A stretch of 37,449 bases of DNA from Candidatus Limnocylindrales bacterium (GCA_036257225.1 DATAFZ010000042.1:1-37449); one strand, 5' to 3'; shown: positions 7,600 to 16,971, numbered from the stretch's first letter. The notes: a model not told the origin generated them from the letters alone. Numbers and translations are program-made.

Positions 7600-8352
7600 A
7601 TGTCCAGCGTCCAGTCCATCAGACGAGCCTTTGCCGTGCTCGGCGCCCTCGACGAGGGGCCGCTCGGCGTGACCGAGGTGGCGGAACGCGCGGCGCTGCC
7701 GAAGTCGACAGCGGCGAGGCTCCTGGCCACGCTGGTCGGCGAGGGCGCGGTCGAGCAGGTTCCGGGGGAGACCGCGTACCGGCTCGGACCGCGGCTGATC
7801 ACCCTGGCGGGTGGCTTCTCGCTCGTTCGCTCGATGGCTGCGGTAGGTCGGCCGGTCCTCGCCGACCTGGCGGCCGCCTCCGGCGAGTCCGCCGGGATCG
7901 GCGTGCCGGATGGGGACCTCATCCACTACATCGATCAGGTCGACACGCCCAATCCGGTCGTCGTTCGCGACTGGACCGGCGCGCGGGCGCCGCTCCACGC
8001 CGTTTCGTCCGGTCAGGTGTTGCTGGCGTTCCGTACGCCCGCGGCGATCGAGCGGTACCTGGCCCAGCCATCACTCGAACGGTTCACGCCCCGTACCCTG
8101 ACCGACCGCGACGCGGTCCGTACGCGACTACGGGATGTGCGCCGGCGCGGCTACGCGTGGGCGATCGAGGAGTTCGACGCTGGGATCGCGTCAGTCGCGG
8201 CGCCGATCGCCGATGCCTCGGGCGAGGTCATCGCCGCGGTCCATATCCACGGACCGTCGTACCGCTTCCCACCCAAAGGCCGCGAGACGGAGCTGGCGCA
8301 GATGGTCGTGACGGCCGCCGCGCGGATCGCGGCGGGCCTCCGGGAGGGATAG
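7600..8352 (+). CDS. IclR-family transcriptional regulator
   Basis: N-terminal wHTH (SIRRAFAVLGALDEGPLGVTEVAERAALPKSTAARLL) and a C-terminal IclR effector domain (GYAWAIEEFDAGIASVAAPI). 250 aa. Confidence 0.9.
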   Translation: MSSVQSIRRAFAVLGALDEGPLGVTEVAERAALPKSTAARLLATLVGEGAVEQVPGETAYRLGPRLITLAGGFSLVRSMAAVGRPVLADLAAASGESAGIGVPDGDLIHYIDQVDTPNPVVVRDWTGARAPLHAVSSGQVLLAFRTPAAIERYLAQPSLERFTPRTLTDRDAVRTRLRDVRRRGYAWAIEEFDAGIASVAAPIADASGEVIAAVHIHGPSYRFPPKGRETELAQMVVTAAARIAAGLREG

Positions 8353-8409
8353 ATCCCGTGGGCTGAGAGTCCACACGGAGGTGTCAATCCTCACACCGGG
8401 CGCGCTGCC

Positions 8410-8733
8410 CTACTCCCCCTTGGTCGCCGGGCCGACCGGCTCCAGGTCGATGGTCCGGACCTGGCGGGTCTTGCCGGCCTCGGTCCGCACGACGGCCGAC
8501 GGGATCACCCCATTCGCGAGTCGCTCGATGACGGCGGTCTCACCGGCGTACAAGCCGGTGCCTGTGATTCGGACTCGTCCCCCGACGGTCAGTCCGGCGC
8601 GGCCCTTACCCGCCGTGATGTCGATGTTGGCCACGGTCGGCCGAACATATGGCGCGTCGTCCGGCAGCCCCGTTGGCGGGGCGGGTCGATTGGCGGTCTT
8701 CGGCGGCGGGTACGTGACTTTCCGTCTTGCCAC
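8410..8733 (-). CDS. Hypothetical small protein, possible KOW/SH3-like fold
   Basis: 107 aa, GTG start with AGGAG 5 nt upstream. GGRVRITGTGLYAGETAVIERL...RTEAGKTRQVRTIDLEPV. No family recognised. Confidence 0.5.
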   Translation of the reverse strand: MARRKVTYPPPKTANRPAPPTGLPDDAPYVRPTVANIDITAGKGRAGLTVGGRVRITGTGLYAGETAVIERLANGVIPSAVVRTEAGKTRQVRTIDLEPVGPATKGE

Positions 8734-8744
8734 AGCTTCTCCTG

Positions 8745-9089
8745 CTACTCGGATGCGGCCGACTTCGCGGCCCGTTTCACCTTGGCGGCCTTCGCTTCGA
8801 CGTCCGCGGCGAGCTCGGCCGCCTCCTCGGCGGCAGCGGCCCGGGCTTCGTCCAGGACCTCGTCCCCCTCGGCGGTCGCGCCGGTCGCCGAGGATCGGGC
8901 CTCGTTGACCTGTGCGGTCACCTTGGAACGGACGTCGCGCGTCCGCTCCTCGATCTCGTCGCCGAGCTGGCCGAGCTTGCGGTCGACGCGGTAGCGGTCC
9001 CTGAAACGCGACCCCGCCCGCGACATGTACCAGGCCGCCGCCCCGGCGGCGACGGCGACTCCGGTGATGACGCCACGGATGAAGCCCAT
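8745..9089 (-). CDS. YtxH-like membrane-anchored stress protein
   Basis: N-terminal TM segment (GFIRGVITGVAVAAGAAAWYM) followed by a charged Ala/Glu-rich helical region, the typical YtxH layout. Confidence 0.55.
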   Translation of the reverse strand: MGFIRGVITGVAVAAGAAAWYMSRAGSRFRDRYRVDRKLGQLGDEIEERTRDVRSKVTAQVNEARSSATGATAEGDEVLDEARAAAAEEAAELAADVEAKAAKVKRAAKSAASE

Positions 9090-9154
9090 CAGGTCACCTT
9101 CCTCTCAGCGCGGGTCGTTCCGCGTTGGAGGGGAGTGTAGCGCCGACCGGTCGC

Positions 9155-10156
9155 TCAACCGCCACCACGCGCCCGGCGGATCTCGTCGCTGATCGCCGGC
9201 ACCACGGCATGGACATCGCCGACGACCGCGTAGCTCGCCCGCTTGAAGATCGGGGCGTCCTGATCGGTGTTGATGACCAGGATCCGCTTCGCCGCCTTGG
9301 CGCCGACGATGTGCTGGATCGCGCCGCTGATCCCGCACGCGATGTACAGATCGGGCGCGATACGCGTGCCCGTCTGGCCGATCTGCTGGGCATGGGGCCG
9401 CCACCCGAGGCTCGTTGCCACGCGCGACACCCCGACGGCCGCGCCCAGGAGCTCGGCCAGCTCGTCGAGCATCGCGAAGGCCTCGGCGCTGCCGAGGCCG
9501 CGCCCACCGCCGACCACGACCTTCGCGTCCGACAGCGAGACGCCAGCCTCGCCCGCGACCTCGTGGCCGACGATCCGGGCCCGGCGGTCCCCGTCCGTGA
9601 TCGTCGGCGCCACGCTGACAACGGTCGCCGCCGTCGACGACGAGGCCGGCTCCATCGCCGGCACGGCATGTGGGGCCACGGTGAACATGCGTGGCGCCCC
9701 ATCAAGCCACGCCTCCTCGATCAGGCTGCCGGCCCAGCGCTGACGATCGAGCTTCCATCGATCGCCTGGCTCGATGGTGATGACGTTCGCCGCCATCGGC
9801 AGATCCATGCGAGCGGCGACGTGCGCGAGCACCTCGGTGGCGCGCTCGCTACCGGACGCGACGATCGCGTCGTAGTTGCCGCCCTCCGCGACCCCCTCCA
9901 CCGCCGCGGCCCAGGCCGCCGGGGCGTACGCGTCCAGGCGGTCGCCCGACACGAGGTGGACGGTCGCGACACCATATGCGCCGAGGCCGGGCGCAGCAGA
10001 GGCGGCCGAGTCGGCATCGCCCGATCCGGCGCCGACCACCGCGTGGACCTCGACACTGAGCGCCCGCGCCAGGCCGCCGGCGAGACCGAGCGCCTCGGCG
10101 CTCAGCCGGTCGGGCCCGCCGCCGGCCAGCTCGACAAGGACGAGGACGTCGCTCAC
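9155..10156 (-). CDS. etfA: Electron transfer flavoprotein alpha subunit
   Basis: C-terminal FAD-binding signature (VGVSRVATSLGWRPHAQQIGQTGTRIAPDLYIACGISGAIQH). GTGA overlap with etfB. Confidence 0.9.
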   Translation of the reverse strand: MSDVLVLVELAGGGPDRLSAEALGLAGGLARALSVEVHAVVGAGSGDADSAASAAPGLGAYGVATVHLVSGDRLDAYAPAAWAAAVEGVAEGGNYDAIVASGSERATEVLAHVAARMDLPMAANVITIEPGDRWKLDRQRWAGSLIEEAWLDGAPRMFTVAPHAVPAMEPASSSTAATVVSVAPTITDGDRRARIVGHEVAGEAGVSLSDAKVVVGGGRGLGSAEAFAMLDELAELLGAAVGVSRVATSLGWRPHAQQIGQTGTRIAPDLYIACGISGAIQHIVGAKAAKRILVINTDQDAPIFKRASYAVVGDVHAVVPAISDEIRRARGGG

Positions 10157-10917
10157 AGGACGCCCAACTCGCGGAGCAAGGCCACTACCCGGGGGGCTGC
10201 CTCGGGACCGGTGCCCAGGATCTCGACGTGTTGCTCCTTCTCGACCGGCAGCTGGAGGCGCTCGAGTGTCGGGCCACCCGGCCGCCGCTCCGGCACGATC
10301 CGCTCGACCTCCTTCTTTTTCGCCCGCAGCCGGCCCGGCACGGATGGATAGCGCGGGAGGTTGATCCCCTCGCGGACGGTGACGATCGCCGGCAATGGCA
10401 GCTCGAACACATCCGCGCCATCCGGCACCTGGCGCCGTGCCGTCGCGACGCCGTCGCCGACCTCGAGCGCCTTGATGCCGGTGACGATGGGCCGGTCCAG
10501 GGCGACCGCGAGACGGACACCCACCTGGTAGCCGCCCGAGTCGGCCGACTCGTTCCCGCCCAGGATCACGTCGAACGACCCGCCGGCGGCCTCGAGATCA
10601 CGGACGGCGTCGGCGATGGCGGCGGACGTGGCGTACGGATCCCAGTCCGACCCGTCCGTCTCGAGCAGGACCGCACGGTCGACGCCGATCGCCATGGCGT
10701 CGCGCAGCTGGTCGGCCGCCTCGGGCGGGCCGAGCGTCAGCACCACCGATTCGCCGCCGTTCGCCTCGATCAGGCGGACGGCCTCCTCCACGGCGCATTC
10801 CTCGTGCGGGCTGACGACGAATCCGAGGAAGCGCGTGTCGATCGATCGGGCGTCCTCGGTCAGGACGATGCGCCCACCGGTGGCGGGGATGCGCTTGACG
10901 AGGACGAGGATCCGCAT
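10153..10917 (-). CDS. etfB: Electron transfer flavoprotein beta subunit
   Basis: MRILVLVKRIP...SPHEECAVEEAVRL...VILGGNESADSGGYQVG is typical EtfB. Sits 10 nt downstream of the dehydrogenase gene. Confidence 0.9.
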   Translation of the reverse strand: MRILVLVKRIPATGGRIVLTEDARSIDTRFLGFVVSPHEECAVEEAVRLIEANGGESVVLTLGPPEAADQLRDAMAIGVDRAVLLETDGSDWDPYATSAAIADAVRDLEAAGGSFDVILGGNESADSGGYQVGVRLAVALDRPIVTGIKALEVGDGVATARRQVPDGADVFELPLPAIVTVREGINLPRYPSVPGRLRAKKKEVERIVPERRPGGPTLERLQLPVEKEQHVEILGTGPEAAPRVVALLRELGVL

Positions 10918-10927
10918 CGGTGCTCGG

Positions 10928-13453
10928 TCAGCTCCTGATCCGCGCGTTGTCCGGGTCGAACAGCGGCGTGCTGCCGGCGACCGCGACCGTCACCGGGTAG
11001 CGCTCGCCGAAGTACTCGACGAGGAGCTTGGTACCCTCGACCGCCTGCGCCGGGGGCAGGTACGACATCAGCAGGTGCTTGCCCACGGACGGCCCGGATC
11101 CGGCGCTCGTCACATACGAGCGACGTCCCTTCGCGTCGACCAGCGGGCTGCCGTCCTCGGCGAGGATCGGCTCGCGGCCAAGCATGTAGCGCTTGACGCC
11201 GCTCGTCGACGTGTTGTCGTCGACGGTCAACGTGCACAGGAGCGCGGCCGGCGACGAATCGCGCTTTCGCAGGTACGCCTCGCGACCGACGAAGTCGTCG
11301 TCCTTGACGGTGAGCCGTGCCATCCCGGCCTCGACGAGGTCGAAGTCGAGCTCGAGCTCCGCACCGTGCGCCCGGTAGCCCTTCTCGAGCCGGGACGTCA
11401 CCGCGTACGTGCCGATGCCGACCGGGACGAGCCCGTGCGGCTGGCCGGCTCGCCACAGGGCATCCCAGACGCGGAGGCCCTGCTCGATCGGGACGTAGAT
11501 CTCCCACCCGAGCTCGCCGACGTAGCTGATGCGCGACGAGAGCGTCCGCACGCCGTCGATGTCGACGGTCTTGGACGTCAGGAATGGGAAACCCTTGTGG
11601 CTGATGTCCGCGCGGCCGTCCGCCGCCGCGCCGAGGATGTCGCGCGCACGCGGGCCCCACAGCCCGAACGTGGTGAACGCGTTGGTCACGTCGTGCAGTT
11701 GCGCGGACCCGTCGGCCGGCATCGCGTCCTGGAAGATCTTCCGATCGCGCATCCCCATGCCGCCGCCGGTCACGACCCGGAAGCGGTCGTGGGCCAGCCG
11801 CATCACGGTCAGATCCGCCAGGATCCCGCCGGCGGCGTTCAGCAGCGGCGTATAGACGGTCCGGCCGGGGGCAACGTCGACGCGATTGACGCAAAGGCGC
11901 TCGAGTGCGGCCAAGGCGCCGGGTCCGGTGATGTCGAAGATCGCGAACGCGGACAGGTCGACAAGCCCGGCACGGTCACGCATCGCGAGGTGCTCGGCGT
12001 TGATGATCGGCGACCACCAGCGCGAGTCCCACTCGGCCTCGCGCGGCATCACCCGGTCGCCGTACTCGCCGAGGAGGCCCTCGTTCGTGCCGTACCAGTA
12101 CGGCCGCTCCCAGCCCGCCGCCTCGAAGAACTCGGCGCCGAGCTCGACGTGGCGCTCGTAGGCCGGCGACAGCCTGATCTTGCGGTTGGAGGCCCACTGC
12201 TCCATCGGATGGACGATGCCGTAGGTCTTGTTGAACCCCTCGGTCGTGCGCGCCGCGATGTGCTGCGCGGTCTTGTGATGGTCGTAGAACCGGGCGACAT
12301 CCGACCCGTGCGGGTCGATCTCCGGCTCGCCGGTGGTCATCCACTCGGCTAACGCCTTGGCGATGCCCGGCGCCTCCTTGATCCAGATCGCCGCGGCCGA
12401 CCAGAGCCCCTTGACCTCCGGTGTCTCGCCGATGATCGGGTTGCCGTCCGGCGTGAGCGACAGTAGGCCGTTGATCGCCAGCTTCACGCCGACCGATTCG
12501 TCGCCGACGATCTCGGGAAAGAGCTCGAGCGCATCCTCGAGCTGCGGATCGAAGTCCTCCTGGGTGAACGGCAGCATGGTCGGCGACAGGGCCGACGCCT
12601 CGATCGACGGGATGTCATCGGCTTCCATCAGGATGGCCCGGTGGGCGTACGAACCGACCTCGAAGCCGGTGCCGTGCTGGCGCTCGTACATGTTGGTGTC
12701 CATGTCGCGGACGATCGGGAAGCCGACCTCCTTGGTCGTGTGCTCGAACTGCGGAACCGGACCGATGTCGATCATCTGGTGGACCGCCGGCGTCAACGGG
12801 ATCGACGCCCCGGCCATACGCGCGATCCGCGGGCTCCACACGCCGCACGCGATGACGACGGTATCGGCGGCGATGTGACCCTGATCCGTGCGAACCCCGC
12901 GCACATGGCCGTCGACGACGTCGACGCCGGTGACCTCGACGCCCGCCGCGACCGTCAGGGCCCCCTTCTGCTGGGCCTTCTCGCGCATGAGCGTCCCGGC
13001 CTGCAGCGAGTCGACGATGCCGACGCCCGGCGTGTAGAAGCCACCGAGGATCACCGACTCGTCGATGAACGGGACCATCTCCTTGACCTCGTCGGGGGTC
13101 AGCAACCGGGACCCCTCGATGCCCCACGAAGTCGACGACGCCATGCGCCGCTTGAGCTCCTCCATCCGCTCGGGGGTGCGGGCGACCTCGATGCCGCCGG
13201 TCTCGTCGTACACGCCCATCTCGCGGTACTGGTTGGCGCTATCGACCGTGAATGCGGTCATCTCCTTCGAGTGGTCGGTCAGGAAGATGAAGTTCGAGGC
13301 ATGGCCGGTGGACCCGCCCGGACTCGGCAGGGGGCCCTTGTCGAGCAGCACGATGTCCTTCCAGCCTTGCTCGGCAAGCTGGTAGGCCATGCTGTTGCCG
13401 ACGATGCCGGCGCCGATGACGACGACGTCCGCTCGCGCCGGGAGCGCGCCCAT
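10928..13453 (-). CDS. Dimethylglycine/sarcosine dehydrogenase-family FAD oxidoreductase with C-terminal GcvT-type folate-binding domain (paralogue 1)
   Basis: The track ORF was trimmed to the ATG at 13453 (MGALPARADVVVIGAGIVGNS, GxGxxG). Conserved His in GGSTGHASNF, the covalent-FAD position in this family. C-terminal aminomethyltransferase fold (SRLEKGYRAHG ... PLFDPDNARIRS). 841 aa. Confidence 0.85.
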   Translation of the reverse strand: MGALPARADVVVIGAGIVGNSMAYQLAEQGWKDIVLLDKGPLPSPGGSTGHASNFIFLTDHSKEMTAFTVDSANQYREMGVYDETGGIEVARTPERMEELKRRMASSTSWGIEGSRLLTPDEVKEMVPFIDESVILGGFYTPGVGIVDSLQAGTLMREKAQQKGALTVAAGVEVTGVDVVDGHVRGVRTDQGHIAADTVVIACGVWSPRIARMAGASIPLTPAVHQMIDIGPVPQFEHTTKEVGFPIVRDMDTNMYERQHGTGFEVGSYAHRAILMEADDIPSIEASALSPTMLPFTQEDFDPQLEDALELFPEIVGDESVGVKLAINGLLSLTPDGNPIIGETPEVKGLWSAAAIWIKEAPGIAKALAEWMTTGEPEIDPHGSDVARFYDHHKTAQHIAARTTEGFNKTYGIVHPMEQWASNRKIRLSPAYERHVELGAEFFEAAGWERPYWYGTNEGLLGEYGDRVMPREAEWDSRWWSPIINAEHLAMRDRAGLVDLSAFAIFDITGPGALAALERLCVNRVDVAPGRTVYTPLLNAAGGILADLTVMRLAHDRFRVVTGGGMGMRDRKIFQDAMPADGSAQLHDVTNAFTTFGLWGPRARDILGAAADGRADISHKGFPFLTSKTVDIDGVRTLSSRISYVGELGWEIYVPIEQGLRVWDALWRAGQPHGLVPVGIGTYAVTSRLEKGYRAHGAELELDFDLVEAGMARLTVKDDDFVGREAYLRKRDSSPAALLCTLTVDDNTSTSGVKRYMLGREPILAEDGSPLVDAKGRRSYVTSAGSGPSVGKHLLMSYLPPAQAVEGTKLLVEYFGERYPVTVAVAGSTPLFDPDNARIRS

Positions 13454-13461
13454 GCAGACCC

Positions 13462-13502
13462 TCCTCCTCCGCCGCATCCAGGGGCGGCGTGCCCGAGGAG
13501 GA
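13462..13502 (-). promoter_or_regulatory. GC-rich stem-loop that sequesters the Shine-Dalgarno of the dehydrogenase gene, or a DNA palindrome operator
   Basis: The mRNA reads UCCUCCUC-GGGCA-CGCCGC-CCCUGGAU-GCGGCG-GAGGAGGA-GGGUCUGC-AUG. That gives 8 + 6 perfect base pairs with a 5-nt bulge, and the 3' arm is the GGAGGAGGA ribosome-binding site. Confidence 0.4.
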
Positions 13503-13601
13503 TACCCGTCCGCCGACCCGGCCTGCGGCCCCCACCCTTGACCCGCCCCGATGCCGGTCGCATCCTCGCGCTCGCTGGGTCCGAGCAGCACGAGGGCATC
13601 C

Positions 13602-15071
13602 GTGGCGAGCCTGTTCATCGACGGCGAGTGGGTCGCGTCCGGCGACGGCACCTGCAGCCCGGTCATCAACCCGAGTGACGCGACACGCGTCACCGAGGTC
13701 GACGTTGCGACCGACGCGCAGGTCCAGGCGGCGATCGCCGCCGCGCGCCGGGCGTTCGACGCGACCGACTGGCCCCGGTCCCCGGCCTCTGAGCGGGCTG
13801 CGCTGCTCGACCGCGTCGCCGATCTGCTCGATCGCGACCTTGAGGATCTCGCTCGTGCCGAGACGCTGAACACCGGCAAGGCCATGCGCGAGAGCCGTGC
13901 CGACATCGCCGACGTGATCCGCGTCTTCCGCTACTACGCCGACTTGGCTGGCGATAAGGCTGAGCGCCCCGTCGACAGCGGTGAACCAAATGCCCTGAGT
14001 CGGATCGTCTATGAGCCGGTCGGCGTCTGCGGGCTGATCGGGCCGTGGAACTACCCGCTCCTGCAGCTGTCCTGGAAGATCGCGCCCGCACTGGCAGCCG
14101 GCTGCACGGCTGTGATGAAGCCCGCGCATCTCACGCCGCTCACGGCGATCCACTTGACCCGGCTCCTGGAGGAGGCCGGCGTGCCGCGCGGCGTCGTCAA
14201 TCTCGTGTTGGGCACCGGCGAGCGAGTCGGTCAGGCGCTGGCCGATTCGCCCGATGTGGACCTGATCTCGCTGACCGGCGGCATCGACGCCGCGCGGTCG
14301 CTGTTGCGCGGGGCCGCCGTCAACGTCAAGCGGGTCGCCCTCGAGCTCGGCGGCAAGAGCCCCAACATCGTCTTCGCCGACGCGGACTTCGAGACGGCCG
14401 TCGACAACGCCCTGACCGCGGCGTTCATCCACTCCGGCCAGGTGTGCTCCGCTGGCTGCCGGGTGATCGTGGAAGCGAGCGTCCACGACGACTTCGTCGC
14501 GGCGGTCGCCGAGCGCGCCGAGCGAATCCGCCTGGGTCACGGCATGGACGACCGCACCCAGACCGGCGCGCTCATCTCGGCCGAGCACCGCGCCAAGGTC
14601 GAGGCGCACGTCGCCGATGCTCTCGCCGCTGGCGCCCGGCTCGTGGCCGGCGGTCGCAGGCCGGACGATCCCGAGCTGCAGGACGGCTTCTTCTACCGAC
14701 CGACCGTGTTCACCGACGTCCGGGCTGACATGCGGGTCGTGCGCGAGGAGGTGTTCGGCCCGGTCATGACCATCGAGCGGTTCACCACGGAGGACGAGGC
14801 CATCGAGCTGGCCAACGCCACCGACTACGGGCTCGCCGGCGCGGTCTGGACCGTCGACGCATCTCGAGCGCAGCGCGTCGCCGGCCGGCTCCGGGCCGGC
14901 ACGGTCTGGATCAACGACTACAACCGCTACGTGCCGCAGGCGGAATGGGGCGGCTTCAAACGCTCTGGGATCGGCCGAGAGCTCGGCCCCAGCGGTCTCG
15001 ACGAGTACCGCGAGGCGAAGCACATCTGGCAGAACACGGCGCCCGGTCCGACCGGCTGGTTCTCCGGCTGA
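13602..15071 (+). CDS. gbsA: Glycine betaine aldehyde dehydrogenase (GbsA/BetB type, ALDH superfamily)
   Basis: Close end-to-end resemblance to my recollection of B. subtilis GbsA (LFIDGEWV, NTGK, GPWNYPLLQLSWKIAPALAAG, ELGGKSPNIVF, QVCSAG, PELQDGFFY.PTVF, EEVFGPV, WINDY). GTG at 13602 with GAGGG 5 nt upstream matches the GbsA N-terminus. The track start 13551 is the alternative. Confidence 0.88.
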   Translation: MASLFIDGEWVASGDGTCSPVINPSDATRVTEVDVATDAQVQAAIAAARRAFDATDWPRSPASERAALLDRVADLLDRDLEDLARAETLNTGKAMRESRADIADVIRVFRYYADLAGDKAERPVDSGEPNALSRIVYEPVGVCGLIGPWNYPLLQLSWKIAPALAAGCTAVMKPAHLTPLTAIHLTRLLEEAGVPRGVVNLVLGTGERVGQALADSPDVDLISLTGGIDAARSLLRGAAVNVKRVALELGGKSPNIVFADADFETAVDNALTAAFIHSGQVCSAGCRVIVEASVHDDFVAAVAERAERIRLGHGMDDRTQTGALISAEHRAKVEAHVADALAAGARLVAGGRRPDDPELQDGFFYRPTVFTDVRADMRVVREEVFGPVMTIERFTTEDEAIELANATDYGLAGAVWTVDASRAQRVAGRLRAGTVWINDYNRYVPQAEWGGFKRSGIGRELGPSGLDEYREAKHIWQNTAPGPTGWFSG

Positions 15072-15075
15072 ACTC

Positions 15076-15104
15076 GAAGCGCCCGGGCGGTGCCCGGGCG
15101 CTTC
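15076..15104. terminator. Bidirectional intrinsic-terminator-like hairpin between convergent genes
   Basis: Perfect 13-bp stem GAAGCGCCCGGGC / GCCCGGGCGCTTC with a 3-nt loop, 5 nt after the gbsA stop, followed by GTTGGT. The T-tract is weak. Confidence 0.55.
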
Positions 15105-15127
15105 GTTGGTCGCGAACAGAGCCGCGG

Positions 15128-16921
15128 CTATTCCGCCGGGATCTCCGCGTGGATCGCGTCGAGGTCGACGCCCTGTGAGCGGCGGTACACCCGGGCGGCG
15201 ATGTAGACGATCGCGGCGAGCCCGTAGAGCACGCCGAGGAAGATGATCGAGTTGGTGTTGCCGACGCCGATGCCGTACAGCGGGTCGGTCAGCCACAGGT
15301 AGATCACGTAGGCCAGGATCACCGTGATGATCAGGCTGGCGATCGTGATCGGGACCTTGAGCCGTGCGATCGGCGAGTTGTCGAAGAGCTGCGGCTTCCA
15401 CCACGGCAGGATGGTGGCCGCGACTGTGCTCCCAAGGAATGTCACGGCGATCACGAGCGTGGCGTCAAGCGTCAGGGCCCGGAAGTCGGCCGAGAACGAA
15501 TAGATCACGCTCACGATGATCGCCGGGATCATGATGAACAGCAGCGCCGTGACCGGGACGCCCCGAGCCTCGGACACCTGGGCCGCCCGCTCCGGCAGGA
15601 TCCTGTCGAACGCAGCCGCGAAGATCATCCGTGTCGACGACAGGAACAGGGTTCCGGACCAGCCCAGGAACCACGCCGCGAACAGCACGACCATCGCGAT
15701 CTGGAAGATCGGTGCGTCGATCAGGTACGACGCGAGGAGCGGCGGGTAGCTCCAGATCGGGACGGTCGGATCGGTCGTCGTGTAGCCATAGAACCAGTTG
15801 ATGAAATTCGCGTTCGTGGCGTTGAAGAACAGCCAGCCGAAGGTCTTGGCCGCTAGCAACACGAACACGATCGCCAGGATCGCGGTCACCCAGATCCCGC
15901 CCAGCATCCCGTTGAGGACCTTGCGGAAGTCGCCCGAGCCACGGACCTCGCCGTAGAGGGTCGAGCCCCAGTTCGGGTACAGGATCCAGAACAGCATGAA
16001 GGGCAGCATCACGACGGCCGCACCCAGCGTGGCGGTCAGGTCCGCGCCCATCGCAAGGGGTTCGAGCGAGCCCGTGAAGGCGTCGTTCACGGCTGCGTCG
16101 GCGATGGTCTTGTCGTACGCGCCGGCGACGCCGAACATCCGCATGTTGGCGGTGTCGAACGCGGCCCGGAACTGGTCCTGCGACGAGACCAGCATCAGCA
16201 CCGCCATGATTCCGAAGCCGATCAGCCCCAGGTACAGGCAGACCCGCTGGATCCGCGCGTAGCCGGCCATGCCGAGGGCGACAAGCCAGGACGTGAGCGC
16301 GATCACGATGAGCGATACGACGAGCGTGCCGGTATCGGAGCCGAAGAAGTCGACCCCTGCCGTGGAGCCCACGAGCGCGGCGAGCGGCTGGAAGAACTCC
16401 AGTTTCAGGATGGCGCCGTAGATCGGCGCCCACAACGCGAGGATGAACCACCAGCCGGTGGCCGCGAGCACGAACCCGATGCCGCCGCGCATGCTGCCGA
16501 TGAACCCGCCGGCGACCAGGCCCACGACCCCCGCGACGAGCGCGAGCGTGCCGTCCAGCGCCAGCGCGTTGGCAACCAGATAGAACGCGACGCCGCCGGT
16601 GATCGCGCCGGTGGCGATGCCGGGCAGCCCGTCGAGGACGCGCGTCTGCCAGACATAGTCGCCCCCGGCACGCGGCATCACCGCGATCAGCGCCGCGTAT
16701 GCCACGGCCAGGAACGTGACCGCGATCGCGGCGATGAGGATCGATAGCACCGGCGACGCCGTCGGAACGTAGGCGAATACCGCGAGGCTGTAGAACATGC
16801 CCAGCGTGACGAGGTTGACCGACATGAACGAGTAGGTGAACGCGTCGAACGCGGACCAGCCCTTGACGAGTCCCGTCGCATTCCTGAGGAAGAGCGACGG
16901 GGACGCAGTGCCAGTTGCCAT
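15128..16921 (-). CDS. APC-superfamily permease (amino acid/organocation; candidate choline or betaine-related importer)
   Basis: The track ORF 15128..18064 was trimmed to the ATG at 16921 (MATGTASPSLFLRNATGLVKGWSAFDAFTYSFMSV...). About 12-14 hydrophobic segments over 597 aa. GGAGG lies 5 nt upstream. Confidence 0.8.
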   Translation of the reverse strand: MATGTASPSLFLRNATGLVKGWSAFDAFTYSFMSVNLVTLGMFYSLAVFAYVPTASPVLSILIAAIAVTFLAVAYAALIAVMPRAGGDYVWQTRVLDGLPGIATGAITGGVAFYLVANALALDGTLALVAGVVGLVAGGFIGSMRGGIGFVLAATGWWFILALWAPIYGAILKLEFFQPLAALVGSTAGVDFFGSDTGTLVVSLIVIALTSWLVALGMAGYARIQRVCLYLGLIGFGIMAVLMLVSSQDQFRAAFDTANMRMFGVAGAYDKTIADAAVNDAFTGSLEPLAMGADLTATLGAAVVMLPFMLFWILYPNWGSTLYGEVRGSGDFRKVLNGMLGGIWVTAILAIVFVLLAAKTFGWLFFNATNANFINWFYGYTTTDPTVPIWSYPPLLASYLIDAPIFQIAMVVLFAAWFLGWSGTLFLSSTRMIFAAAFDRILPERAAQVSEARGVPVTALLFIMIPAIIVSVIYSFSADFRALTLDATLVIAVTFLGSTVAATILPWWKPQLFDNSPIARLKVPITIASLIITVILAYVIYLWLTDPLYGIGVGNTNSIIFLGVLYGLAAIVYIAARVYRRSQGVDLDAIHAEIPAE

Positions 16922-16925
16922 GTGT

Positions 16926-16953
16926 CCCTCCTGATCCCTCCTGATCCCCCTCC
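16926..16953 (-). repeat. Tandem 10-nt repeat creating three in-phase Shine-Dalgarno cores in front of the permease gene
   Basis: Plus strand reads CCCTCCTGAT CCCTCCTGAT CCCCCTCC. The mRNA reads GGAGGGGG-AUCAGGAGGG-AUCAGGAGGG-ACAC-AUG. Confidence 0.6.
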
Positions 16954-16971
16954 GAACCTGGATCGGTCGTG

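Noticed and set aside
8353-8409. Imperfect hairpins (CCGTGGG...CCACACGG; GGTGT...ACACC) between the convergent IclR gene and the small ORF, as a possible terminator.
   Set aside because: The stems are short with bulges and there is no U-tract. Too weak to annotate.
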